From NCBI GenBank assembly GCA_051294375.1, contig CM119267.1, positions 301,409-365,408 on the forward strand: a stretch of 64,000 nt of DNA. Direction: 5' to 3'. Made by a program: the position numbers and the translations under genes. This stretch comes from Paraspadella gotoi. Its lineage: Eukaryota > Animalia > Chaetognatha. Shown one piece after another: positions 26,883 to 40,056 of the stretch. Position 1 is the first letter of the stretch. Each line of letters starts with the position of its first letter. Below the pieces are notes generated by a model. The model was given only the letters and a program-made list of their open reading frames with translations. It was not told the DNA's origin and did not search any database.

Positions 26883-29793
26883 ATGTTGTCAAATTGCATC
26901 TTTCGTTCTTCCCGTGGGCTACATATTAATTCTCTTCGATCTTCCATCAAAACACTTGCGTCATGGACGCCAAGCTCAATTCCTCACTCAGGAAACAATC
27001 GAGGTCTCATTTTCAGATGTCGTCCTTTAATTTCTTCTCCCATCACCGCAAACCCGTCAATAAGCTCAGCCATTCTCTCCCGCTCACTAGTCTACTCGTC
27101 CAATCTTCCCCCAGTAGAAATCCCCGATGTGGATTTGTACAGTTTCGTCAAAGAGTCCTACTTGCGTCATCCTGAGGATAAACTTTTCATCAATGGAATC
27201 ACTTTGGAATCTTGGACCGCGAGACGATTGATTCTAGCAGCGGAACGAGTTGCTGGAGTTCTGCAGAGATTAGGCTTCAAGCAAGGGGATAGTCTTCTGA
27301 TTTTTGCGACCAACTGCCCGGAATATGCAGTTGTGTGTTTGGCCGCATTGTCGCTGGGAGGCGTCGTGTCTCCAGCTAATACGTCTTATGTTCCTTTACA
27401 GCTTCAATCGCAGGTATGTACGTATGTAATTTAACAAATGTATAAAGGATAAATTATTTCATTGTTTTATCTTTCGCAAGATTGAAGTTTCCAAAGCATC
27501 GATCCTCGTCTTCACCTCCAACTTGACAACAACAGCGACGAAAGTCTTTCGTGATTCCGACCAACTCAAAGATCTTCTCGTCATAGATGGCGACGCAGGG
27601 AAAGACTTTGCGTCCCTGAAGGAACATATGGTCGACAGCGCCAATGCTGAATCGTCTAAGTTGGTGGCACCAAAACTAGATGCCGCCAATGCTACGGCTT
27701 TCCTTCCCTTCAGCAGCGGAACGACTGGTCTGCCAAAAGGCGTCATTTTGACTCACAGGAACATCGTGGCCAATCAAGTTCACCAGCTTCATGACGACTT
27801 TAAATCGGCGAGACCAGGCGAGCATAAAAATTACAGAGTTATCTAAAAATTGTTATCCTCCCATTTTGTCTTCTTCGTCATCTTTGACAAATTTTTGATG
27901 GAACAAATTTTTGGGTTTTCCTCCCAAATGTCACAGAATTGCTTAGCAACCTTCAAATCATTCAGATATTACTTTCTGAGCCCGTTTTCTTTTATCCAAG
28001 TTTCTTTCCAACACCCATTCCTCTTTGACTTTCAATTCACTCCTTCAGGCGAATGCGTCTTAGGACTTCTCCCCTTCTACCACCTTTATGGTCTGTCGGT
28101 CATTCTCATCAACCTCACACTTCATCGCGCATGCGTCGTGACTCTTCCAGAATTCACGCCGGAATCCTTTCTCGGTGCAATTCAACGTCACCGCATTGGA
28201 GGTTCGAATATAAAGAGATTAGCTGATGTGGGATTTATCAAATAAAAAATTTTATCAGTTTGATCAACAGTAATCAATATTTTTTTGTTTTCAGTGCTCT
28301 ACATAGTCCCACCGCTCGTCATATTCCTGACCAAACATCCTCTTGTGGACAATTTTGACATTTCTTCGGTCAGGGTAGTTTTCTGCGGAGCTGCAGCGCT
28401 GGCGGAGGAGACGGAGGCGGCGCTGCGGTCCCGCTGCGGTCTGGAGGATCTGCGTCAGGTATTGAGGAGGGGATTTATTTATTTAATTTATTTAATCTAT
28501 ATTATTTATTCTTTCTTTCCTTAGGGCTACGGTCTCACCGAGACTTCCCCAACCCTGACCATGACTCCGCGCTGGCCTGAGATGCAACGCGCCGGCTCCA
28601 GCGGCGTCCTGCTGCAAAATACTGAGGCGCGGATCGTTAATGCGGAAACTGGAGAGGATTTGGAAAGAGAGGCTCAGGGTAAAAGGAGTAATAGGATAAT
28701 AATAGGGCGTTAGGGTGGGTTAATAGAGTGAGTTAATCGGGCGGGAGGGTAGGTTATATTGATAAACGTTCTTTGATTAATGGAGATAAAGATTTGGTTG
28801 AATAGAGAAAAAAGAGGAGTTGCAATTTAAAACCCATCTTTTAAAAACAGAAAATCATCTGTACTAATATTCTTTCTTACCCCCAACATTTTTTTTACAA
28901 ATGATTAAATTTATTAACTTATACACAAATACTTGAAAAATTACAAATTTTAAAAAAAAAAGATTGAATTTAAACATCTTGTATTCGTTCATCACCAGGA
29001 GAAATTTGGGTTCGAGGTCCTCAAGTAATGAAGGGCTACTTGAACAATGAAGAGGCGACTGCTGCTTGTCTGGTGGACGGGTGGTTCCGGACGGGCGACT
29101 TGGGGTATTTTACTAAAGATGGACACCTTTATGTCACGGGTGAATGGATAATTATTATTTTTACTTTTAAATTAATTAATATTTATGTTAATACTTAACC
29201 GGGTCAGATTCATTCCAATTTTAGTTCATTTTATCTTTTAAAAAATGATTTAACTCTTCGTGAACACAGTATTTAAGCTCAGATTATTAAATTTATAATA
29301 ATAGATTATAATATAATACTATCCAGCCAACTATTAAAATGAAAGTTATATGGATACTAATTAATTAATTTAACAGCAATTAACATGCGCTTATTTAATT
29401 ACTCTTTTTTTTATAATACCTGAATAAATAAATTAACTATTTAACTAATAATTAACCTTTATTGACAAGCCTTCCTTTCCAGGTCGCCTCAAAGAATTGA
29501 TCAAGTACAAAGGCCATCAAGTTCCTCCAGCAGAATTAGAGGCTGTGCTTCTCACTCATCCCGAGATCGCCGACGCCGCCGTCATCGGCGTCTCCGCGTC
29601 GGAGGAAGTGGGGGAGCTCCCCAAAGCCTTCGTGGTCTTGAAGGGCGGAGCAGAGGGCGTTGGGGAGGCGGAGTTGCATCGGTTCGTGGATGAGAGGGTC
29701 TCGCCGCAGATGAGGCTTCGTGGAGGGATCGAGTTTGTGGAGGGAATCCCGAAGACGCCTTCGGGAAAGATCTTGAGGAGGGAGTTGAGTTAA
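26883..29793 (+). CDS. ACS-4, copy b (intact): 7 exons 26883-27413, 27481-27817, 28049-28201, 28295-28458, 28525-28678, 28999-29139, 29483-29793; 596 aa
   Basis: Exon lengths sum to 1791 nt with consistent phases. Motifs [59 protein letters not shown] and [12 protein letters not shown]. Intron 2 is GC-AG. Confidence 0.93.
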
Positions 29794-31219
29794 AGACTAG
29801 GGCGGAGTGAAAAAATTTGATTTTGTGGTAGTGAATTCGATCAAGAGAAGAGCAAGAATGAATTTATTCTTCACTACCACAATTTCACAATAATCCAAAT
29901 AAAATCATTCATAAAAAATATATTAATATAATATATTAAAATTAAAATTATTTGATAATATTATTTTTTTATTTTTATAAAAAAAAATTGTTAATTTTAT
30001 TTAAACGAATGCTTAGAAGGAACAATTCAAAAGTTTAAATTTTAAAAAAATTTAAATTTAAATAAAATATTTTTTTGAAGTTTTTATACATAAATAGCTA
30101 TTCAATAAATTAATTTTTTTAGTATATTCTGTTATCCAATGGATAACCCATATAAATTTTTATCAAAAGCAGGTCGAAAGTTAAAAATTGCTAAAAAAGT
30201 TATCTGAAAAAAACTATTTTTATTTAATAGATTCCGTTGAATATATTACCATAAATATATAAACCCGGAAAATGATTATTAAAAATATTATCCTTATAAT
30301 ATTAATATTAAAATTATTTTTATAAATAAGATATAAACTAACTTACCTTTGTGTCTTTGATCACATCATTATAAAAAATAATAGGATGCTGGTTTTGGTT
30401 TTTTTTCCTTTAGTTGAGAGTTGTTGGCAATTATTTAATTATTATTTTTCTAGCAGAAAATTTTTTTTCTTAAATCCAACTCACTTATAAGAATTTAATA
30501 TATTGGATTTTTTTACATCTGTGTAAATATAAAAAAAATATTATACATGTTTATTTTTTAAATTTTAATCACTTCGTCCGAGTGAAGATGATGGAATTGA
30601 TGCTACATAATCAACAAGAATTATCAAGTTTATAATTTATTCGAGGTTTTATTGTTTAACTAATTTTTTTTTGCTTCGGCTAATCCAGGGAATTGAATTT
30701 ATCTGAGATTATTGCTTAGGGAACATCGCTGGTTTAAATACTTTTACATTTTTTAAATTGCTCACTATTTTGTTTTGACCTTTTATTTTTGTTTGTTTTT
30801 TAAATATTTGATGAATTAATATGATTTCTGGTTTTGCTAATGACAATAACATGTGCCGCGTGCATTTATTATATCTTATCATAAAATATAATTTATTATT
30901 AAATAGTATTTTGATTAGAATAAAACAAACTTACCTTAATATTCATTGAAAGCGTTAATTAAAAGATAAAAAAGAAAGTAAATATTTCAATTAATTTTTT
31001 CTACAATTAGCTAAGTCAAACAAGAATAAAAAATAAATTCTGATTTGTACAGCTAAAGATATGAGAGAAGCAGAATAATTGATTACTTATTCCGCGAACG
31101 AGCTTAGTATCCCACGTTACTAATTTCGAGTTTAAACAGTAAAGATGAAATATTTGCTAACCATATATAAATCGCTAAAAAAATAAAATTAAATCGAGAC
31201 CAAAAAAAACTAAATAAAG

Positions 31220-32159
31220 ATGTTTTTGTCAAAGCATTTGGGGTTTTTGTCTCCTCTGCTCGTTGTCGGACCCCAGTCACCTTCGCCGCCGACGCGCTTC
31301 ACGACAAAAATGTCTCGCAAATCATCAACTTAAGCGGCATCGACTGTAGAAAGTCAAAAACGGGATTTTGCATGGCCATTCCAATCTGTGGCTCAGTTGC
31401 AGGGCGAAGAGTTGCAAGGTCAAAGTCATAGCTTATTTATTAAATAAATGGATAATCTTTATAATGGTTGTACCAATTTCCTATCCTGTAAGAAGGATGT
31501 AGTTATGTAATTTTTCAGAGAGCTCATTCTAGTGTTTGAATTTAGGAAAGGTTTGAAATAGTTCAACAACGATTTTATTTGAGACAGTGGACATGTTTCG
31601 ACTTTGATTCAAGCCTTCATCAGCACTAGAGTTTGAATTTGTAAAAATGATGTTTTATCTTTGCTTGCCATAAGGAAAAAGGAAAGTTTTAAATTAAAAT
31701 TATTTATTAAGAAAACACGAACAGAAGTCTTCGAAATATTGTGTTAATCAATAAATAATTATAATTTAAAACTTTCCTTTTCCCAGCGAAGACCAAAAAT
31801 ATTGCCAATTCAAAGGATGTAGTTTTGAATCGACAAAGTCTGGACGGTTCAGGTTTAGTTTATTTTTAGAATTTAAATGTTTCAGGTTTCGTTTATTTTT
31901 AGAATTTAAATGTTTCAGGTTTCGTTTATTTTTAGAATTTAAATGTTTCCTTGTCTTTTGTTCTTCTCGCCACAATTGACTTTTACCATCAGACCACCTG
32001 CGGCACAAAAAAAGGACCCCGAATGAAATGCGGTAAAAACGGGAAGTGGGAGTCGCCGGCTCCACCACCCGGATGTCACGGGTTAAGGAGGTGGAAAGAC
32101 ATTCCGGATGTAATTCAAGACTGTAGAAAAGCGTCGAATGGAATGCCAGTTACTGGTGG
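31220..32159 (+). CDS. Putative first exons (signal peptide + Cys-rich module), probably the 5' end of the SLC9C-like gene
   Basis: A consensus of this copy and its inverted copy reads MFLSKHLGFCLLCLVVGPTVTFAADALHDKNVSQIINLSGIDCRK. The exon from 31993 reads TTCGTKKGPRMKCGKNGKWESPAPPPGCHG..IQDCRKASNGMPVTG. Both copies carry indels, so the middle exons are uncertain. Confidence 0.55.
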
Positions 32160-34577
32160 GAGAGAGANNNNNNNNNNNNNNNNNNNNNNNNNCCTTTGAA
32201 ATTCTCTCTCTCTCTTCTCTCTCTCTCTCTCTCTCTCTCTCCTCTCTCTTCTCTCTCCTTTCACTACTCGTCACCACCAGTACTGGCATTCCATTCGACG
32301 CTTTTCTACAGTCTTGAATTACATCCGGAATTCTTTCCACCTCCTTAACCCGTGACATCCGGGTGGTGGAGCCGGCGACTCCCACTTCCCGTTTTTACCG
32401 CATTTCATTCGGGGTCCTTTTTTTGTGCCGCAGGTGGTCTGATGGTAAAAGTCAATTGTGGCGAGAAGAACAAAAGACAAAACATTTAAATTCTAAAAAT
32501 AAACGAAACCTGAAACATTATCTAAAACGTCCAGAAACTTTGGAACATTGTCGATTCAAAAACTACATCCTTTGAATTGGCAATATTTTGGTCTTGCTGG
32601 GAAAAGGAAAGTTTTAAATTAAATTATTTATATTAACACAATATTTCGAAGACTTCTGTTTGTTTCTTAATAAATAATTTTAATTTAAAACTTTCCTTTT
32701 TCCTTATGGCAAGCAAAGATAAAACATATTACAAATTCAAACTCTAGTGCTGATGAAGCTTGAATCAAAGTCGAAACATGTCCACTGTCTCAAAATAAAA
32801 TCGTTGTTGAACATATTCAAACTTTTTTCCTAAATTCAAACTCAACCCAGAATGAGCTCCTGAAAAATTACATAACTACATCCTTCTTACAAGATAGGAA
32901 ATTGGTACAACCATTATAAAGATTATCCATTTATTTAATAAATAAGCTATGACTTTGACCTTGCAACTGTCCCTGCAACTGAGCCACAGATGGAATGGCC
33001 ATGCAAAATCCCGTTTTTGACTTTCTACAGTCGATGCCGCTTAAGTTGATGATTTGCGAGACATTTTTTGTCGTGAAGCGCGTCGGCGGCGAAGGTGACC
33101 GTGGGTCCGACAACGAGGCAGAGGAGACAAAAACCCCAAATGCTTTGACAAAAACATTTTTATTTAGTTTTTTTTTGGTCTCGATTTAATTTTATTTTTT
33201 TAGCGATTTATATATGGTTAGCAAATATTTCATCTTTACTGTTTAAACTGAAATTTAGTAACGTGGGATACTAAGCTCGTTCGCGGAATAAGTAATCAAT
33301 TATTCTGCTTCTCTCATATCTTTAGCTGTACAAATCAGAATTTATTTTTTTATTCTTGTTTGACTTAGCTAATGTAGAAAAAAATAATTGAAATATTTTA
33401 CTGTTCTTCTTTTATTTTTAATTAACGCTTTCAATGAATATTAAGGTAAGTTTGTTTTATTCTAATCAAAATACTATTTTAATAATAAATTATATTTTAT
33501 GATAAGATATAATAAATGCACGCGGCACATGTTATTGTCATTAGCAAAACCAGAAATCATATTAATTCATCAAATATTTAAAAAACAAACAAAATAAAGT
33601 CAAAACAAAATAGTGAGCAATTTAAAAAATGTAAAAGTATTTAAACCAGCGATGTTTCCCTAAGCAATAATCTCAGATAAATTCAATTCCCTGGATTAGC
33701 CGAAGCAAAAAAAATTAGTTAAACAATAAAACCTCGAATAAATTAAACTTGATAATTCTTGTTGATTATGTAGCATCAATTCCATCATCTTCACTCGGAC
33801 GAAGTGATTAAAATTTAAAAAATAAACATGTTATAATATTTTTTTTATATTTACACAGATGTAAAAAAATCCAAATATATTAAATTCTTATAAGTAGTTG
33901 GATTTAAGAAAAAAAATTTTCTGCTAGAAAAATAATAATTAAATAATCCAACAACTCTCAACTAAAGGAAAAAAAACCAAAACCAGCATCTATTATTTTT
34001 TATAATGATGTGATCAAAGACACAAAGGTAAGTTAGTTTATATCTTATTTTATAAAATAATTTTAATATTAATATTATAAGGATAATATTTTTAATAATC
34101 ATTTTCCGGTTTATATATTTATGGTAATATATTCAACGGAATCTATTAATAAAAATAGTTTTTTTCAGATAACTTTTTTAGCAATTTTTAACTTTCGACC
34201 TGCTTTTGATAAAAATTTATATGGGTTATCCATTGGATAACAGAATATACTAAAAAAATTAATTTATTGAATAGCTATTTATGTATAAAAACTTCAAAAA
34301 ATATTTTATTTAATTTAAATTTTTTTAAAATTTAAACTTTTGAATTGTTCCTTCTAAGCATTCGTTTAAATAAAATTAACAATTTTTTTTTATAAAAATA
34401 AAAAATAATATTATCAAATAATTTTAATTTTAATATATTATATTAATATATTTTTTTATAAATGATTTTATTTGGATTATTGTGAAATTGTGGTAGTGAA
34501 GAATAAATTCATTCTTGCTCTTCTCTTGATCGAATTCACTACCACAAAAATCAAATTTTTTCACTCCGCCCTAGTCT

Positions 34578-37464
34578 TTAACTCAACTCCCTCCTCAAGA
34601 TCTTTCCCGAAGGCGTCTTCGGGATTCCCTCCACAAACTCGATCCCTCCACGAAGCCTCATCTGCGGCGAGACCCTCTCATCCACGAACCGATGCAACTC
34701 CGCCTCCCCAACGCCTTCTGCTCCGCCCTTCAAGACCACGAAGGCTTTGGGGAGCTCCCCCACTTCCTCCGACGCGAAGACGCCGATGACGGCGGCGTCG
34801 GCGATCTCGGGATGAGTGAGAAGCACAGCCTCTAATTCTGCTGGAGGAACTTGATGGCCTTTGTACTGATATAATTCTTTGAGGCGACCTGGAAAGGAAG
34901 GCTTGTCAATAAAGGTTAATTATTAGTTATAATAGTTAATTTATTTATTCAGGTATTATAAAAAAAGAGTAATTAAATAGCGCATGTTAATTGCTGTTAA
35001 ATTAATTATTAGTATCCATATAACTTTCATTTTAATAGTTGGCTGGATAGTATTATATTATAATCTATTATTTTAAATTTAATAATCTGAGCTTAAATAC
35101 TGTGTTCACGAAGAGTTAAATCTTTTTTAAAAGATAAAATGAACTAAATTTGGAATGAATCTGACCGGTTAAGTATTAACATAAATATTAATTAATTTAA
35201 AAGTAAAAATAATAATTATCCATTCACCCGTGACATAAAGGTGTCCATCTTTAGTAAAATACCCCAAGTCGCCCGTCCGGAACCACCCGTCCACCAGACA
35301 AGCAGCAGTCGCCTCTTCATTGTTCAAGTAGCCCTTCATTACTTGAGGACCATCGAACCCAAATTTCTCCTGGTGATGAACGAATACAAGATGTTTAAAT
35401 TAATCTTTTTTTTTTAAATTTGTAATTTTCAAGTATTTGTGTATAAGTTAATAAATTTAATCATTTGTAAAAAAAATGTTGGGGGTAAGAAAGAATATTA
35501 GTACAGATGATTTTCTGTTTTTAAAAGATGGGTTTTAAATTGCAACTCCTCTTTTTTCTCTATTCAACCAAATCTTTATCTCCATTAATCAAAGAACGTT
35601 TATCAATATAACCTACCCTCCCGCCCGATTAACTATCTACCTATTAACCCACCCTAACGCACCTATTATTATCCTATTACTCCTTTTACCCTGAGCCTCT
35701 CTTTCCAAATCCTCTCCAGTTTCCGCATTAACGATCCGCGCCTCAGTATTTTGCAGCAGGACGCCGCTGGAGCCGGCGCGTTGCATCTCAGGCCAGCGCG
35801 GAGTCATGGTCAGGGTTGGGGAAGTCTCGGTGAGACCGTAGCCCTAAGGAAAGAAAGAATAAATAATATAGATTAAATAAATTAAATAAATAAATCCCCT
35901 CCTCAATACCTTAGACGCAGATCCTCCAGACCGCAGCGGGACCGCAGCGCCGCCTCCGTCTCCTCCGCCAGCGCTGCAGCTCCGCAGAAAACTACCCTGA
36001 CCGAAGAAATGTCAAAATTGTCCACAAGAGGATGTTTGGTCAGGAATATGACGAGCGGTGGGACTATGTAGAGCACTGAAAACAAAAAAATATTGATTAC
36101 TGTTGATCAAACTGATAAAATTTTTTATTTGATAAATCCCACATCAGCTAATCTCTTTTATTGAACCTCCAATGCGGTGACGTTGAATTGCACCGAGAAA
36201 GGATTCCGGCGTGAATTCTGGAAGAGTCACGACGCATGCGCGATGAAGTGTGAGGTTGATGAGAATGACCGACAGACCATAAGGTGGTAGAAGGGGAGAA
36301 GTCCTAAGACGCATTCGCCTGAAGGAGTGAATTGAAAGTCAAAGAGGACTGGGTGTTGGAAAGAAACTTGGATAAAAGAAAACGGGCTCAGAAAGTAATA
36401 TCTGAATGATTTGAAGTTGCTAAGCAATTCTGTGACATTTGGAGGAAAACCCAAAAATTTGTTCCATCAAAAATTTGTCAAAGATGACGAAGAAGACAAA
36501 ATGGGAGGATAACAATTTTTAGATAACTCTGTAATTTTTATGCTCGCCTGGTCTCGCCGATTTAAAGTCGTCATGAAGCTGGTGAACTTGATTGGCACGA
36601 TGTTCCTGTGAGTCAAAATGACGCCTTTTGGCAGACCAGTCGTTCCGCTGCTGAAGGGAAGGAAAGCCGTAGCATTGGCGGCATCTAGTTTTGGTGCCAC
36701 CAACTGAGACGATTCAGCATTGGCGCTGTCGACCATATGTTCCTTCAGGGACGCAAAGTCTTTCCCTGCGTCGCCATCTATGACGAGAAGATCTTTGAGT
36801 TGGTCGGAATCACGAAAGACTTTCGTCGCTGTTGTTGTCAAGTTGGAGGTGAAGACGAGGATCGATGCTTTGGAAACTTCAATCTTGCGAAAGATAAAAC
36901 AATGAAATAATTTATCCTTTATACATTTGTTAAATTACATACATACTGCGATTGAAGCTGTAAAGGAACATAAGACGTATTAGCTGGAGACACGACGCCT
37001 CCCAGCGACAATGCGGCCAAACACACAACAGCATATTCGGGCAGTTGGTCGCAAAAATCAGAAGACTATCCCCTTGCTTGAAGCCTAATCTCTGCAGAAC
37101 TCCAGCAACTCGTTCGCTGCTAGAATCAATCCTCGCGGTCCAAGATTCCAAAGTGATTCCATTGAGAAAAGTTTATCCTCAGGATGACGCAAGTAGGACT
37201 CTTTGACGAAACTGTACAAATCCACATCGGGATTTCTACTGGGGAAGATTGGAACGAGTAGACAGTGAGCGGGGAGAATGGCTGAGCTTATTGACGGTTT
37301 GCGGTGATGGGAGAAGAAATTAAAGGACGACATCTGAAATGAACCTCGATTGTTTCCTGAGTGAGGAATTGAGCTTGGCGTCCATGACGCAAGTGTTTTG
37401 ATGAAGATCGAAGAGAATTAATATGTAGCCCACGGGAAGAACGAAAGATGCAATTTGACAACAT
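34578..37464 (-). CDS. ACS-4, copy c (inverted, with indels)
   Basis: Reverse complement of 26883-29793 with scattered 1-bp deletions; minus-strand ORFs at 34578, 35903 and 36467 match ACS-4. Confidence 0.65.
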
Positions 37465-37795
37465 CTGTGTAAAACGTATAAAATGAAAAACAAAATAGCA
37501 AACAAATTCGCTTACTACACGTAATAAATTGTAATAAACAATATTCGGAGAAACAACAATATATTGAGAGCCAATTTTCAATTAAAAAATGTGTGTCTAT
37601 GTGTATTTCATTACATATTACAACAGCCCCATCGCAAAGAAAGAGAATAATCTATATCATAAAATGAAACACTTATTATTACAGAAATTGTAACAATCAA
37701 TAGGTATCATGGTCAGGATTTAAAACGTTGGGTAGACATGGGAATTATACAAAATTAGAAAATCTATAAATCTACAACACTATAATAATTAAGAG

Positions 37796-38752
37796 CTACC
37801 AATGCCTTTATTACTAAAATGTTTTTTTTTTCACTTAAGTTTCCTCTTAAGATTTTTCCCGAAGATGACCTCGGAATTTTATCCAAGAACTGCACTCCGC
37901 CTCGCAACCTCATATGTGACATTATTCTTTGATTCATGAATTCTTGAACATGAGCTTCGTCAACATTTTTTACCCCATCTCTCAGAACAATGAATGCTTT
38001 AGGCAGTTCTCCTACATCCTCTGAAGCATTTACTCCAACAACAGCAGCAATCAACAACATCAGGATGCGTCAAGAGAAGCGATTCCAACTCCACCGGGCA
38101 ATTTGATGTCCTTTGTACTTGATCATTTCCTTTAAAACGCCCAGTAATATAAAGTTGACCTTCGGATGAAAACCGTCCAATATCTCCCGTTTGAAACCAA
38201 CTTCTACAAAACTTTCTTCCGATGCCCTCGTATTGTTCAAATAGCCTTTCATAATTTGTGGGCCTCGTACCAAAATCTCACCTTGTTCCTCTTCATTTGC
38301 ATCTCGACCCGTTTCTGGATTCACAATTCGTGCTTCCGTGTTCTGCACTAAAATTCCACTCGAGCCTGGGAGCTGCATCCTCGGACAAGAAGACATTGCT
38401 GTCACAATTGATGACGTTTCTGTTAACCCGTAACCTTGACGATGATCAATAATATTGCATCGTTGTTTGAACATAGATTCTTCATCGGCGCTCAATGGTG
38501 CAGCACCACAAAAAATTGTACGAATGGAAGACACGTCATAGTCATCAACCAGAGGATTCTTGGCTAGGAAAATTACAAGAGTTGGAACAAGATGCATCAC
38601 CGTTATGCGGTGTAATTGGATGGCAGAAAGAAATGAGGCCGGCTTAAAAGCTGGAAGAGTAACGACGCATACATGATGGAGAGTCAAATTGAAAAGGACT
38701 TCAAACAAGCCGTAGACATGGTAGAAAGGTAGAAGGCCCATTATGCATTCAT
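37796..38752 (-). CDS. ACS-3, copy c: last exon only (inverted, truncated)
   Basis: ORFs 38070-38846 and 37764-38060 match 25499-26551 apart from frameshifts; the copy ends within the intron at about 39842. Confidence 0.65.
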
Positions 38753-40056
38753 CGTGAGTAGAAAATATAAATGTGAATTGCGTAGTAGGGTGGAGTGATG
38801 AAAAGATTGAGTGATTGAATATTATTTTTTTGCTGCCTATGGACATGTAATTAATAAATTTTAAATCCTTTTAAAAATTTTTGTAGCATAACAGTATAGT
38901 AAATTAATTATTTATGTAATAATATCCTTAAATATCTTAAATTTCAAAATATTTTTTTTTAATTTTTAAGAACAGATTTGATTTACCGTAAAAAACTAAG
39001 AAACTTTTATAAAATATGTTATATGATATTCTAATGTTTAGATCATAAAAAATGACTAAAATGTTTAACATAAATAAGTTTTTACTACAGAGAATAAAAA
39101 GTCATGAATTTTTACCTTTTTTCCATTTTAAATGCTGAAGAAGAATATTTGATAACATGTTTTATATTTTTGATTCAACTTTTTATGAAGAATCTGAATC
39201 TTTAATAAAGTTTAAAAAAAAATTTTTAAAATGTATTATTTTATAAGAATATTACTACAAATATATTATATTTTACTATTATGTTCCGAGACAATACAAA
39301 AAAAATATTTTTTGTACTAGTTAATCATACTATCTCATATCTGAATATACTTGTTCAGTCATTCAAGTAATTTTTTTGCTCTGAGTGCTCCACTCTATTG
39401 CGTAGTCTTCTGAAGCATTCAAAAATATTACCCTTCCAAAAAAAACCAGCTACATTGTTAGAAATGATTTTAAATCAAACAAATTCTCTTCGTGAATATC
39501 TGAATCACGTCAATTGGTTTTTGTCTCAACTTAATGATTTATATTATCTTTACTCTCATGGTCGAATTCCTACCAATAATAATTAATGATTGAATTCTCA
39601 ATAATTTTAAAGAAGATCTTTTTCTCATTGGTCATTAAATTTAGTCTTTGTATAAAAGAAAGGGCAACTTTTATTTTTGAAGAGATTGCCCTGGACCATA
39701 AGGTAATTGATTGATTTACTGAAATTATTAAATAGTGGAATTAGTATTAATAAATGGTTATTTTTTGTAGCTTTTGAGCTTCCACAGCTCTTCCACTCTT
39801 CTGATTGCTCTTCCAATGGCTTTACTGATTGCTATTTCGATTTAAAGGCGACAAATTATTTTTTCTCATGAGATCGATTGAGAAAAATTTATCTTTTTCG
39901 TGAAGTCGACTGTCAAATTATACATGATTTCCTGATCATCATAAAATCGGTCTAAATTAGGCTAAAATTTAATTGTAAGTATCATTTTTAACAAAACGGG
40001 AAACGAATTTTCACTTACGCCCTCTCCCTTTTCAAAAAAAAAAGGTAAACATTTAG

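Larger units (their letters stand above)
16330..30168 (+). repeat. ~6.5 kb direct duplication (~16330-22867 vs ~23231-30168)
   Basis: Same ACS-3/ACS-4 exons and introns in the same order; the first copy is indel-rich; the junction sits at an N-gap. Confidence 0.9.
24487..39842. repeat. ~7.7 kb inverted duplication (arms ~24487-32167 and 32193-39842) centred on an N-gap
   Basis: The right arm is the reverse complement of the left arm across exons, introns and intergenic DNA, differing mostly by homopolymer indels. Confidence 0.92.

Noticed and set aside
6051-29793. Calling the cluster a bioluminescence (luciferase) system
   Set aside because: The ANL motifs are shared with ordinary acyl-CoA ligases, the luciferin-site Arg appears absent, and no luciferin-pathway genes are adjacent.
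31400-32010. ShK toxin domain (CRDSCKTTCG in one frame)
   Set aside because: It requires a frameshift, lacks the terminal Cys, and the two sequence copies disagree here.
15868-39842. Eight-gene ACS expansion with pseudogenes
   Set aside because: The extra copies are near-identical even in introns and differ by long-read-type indels, so assembly redundancy is more likely.
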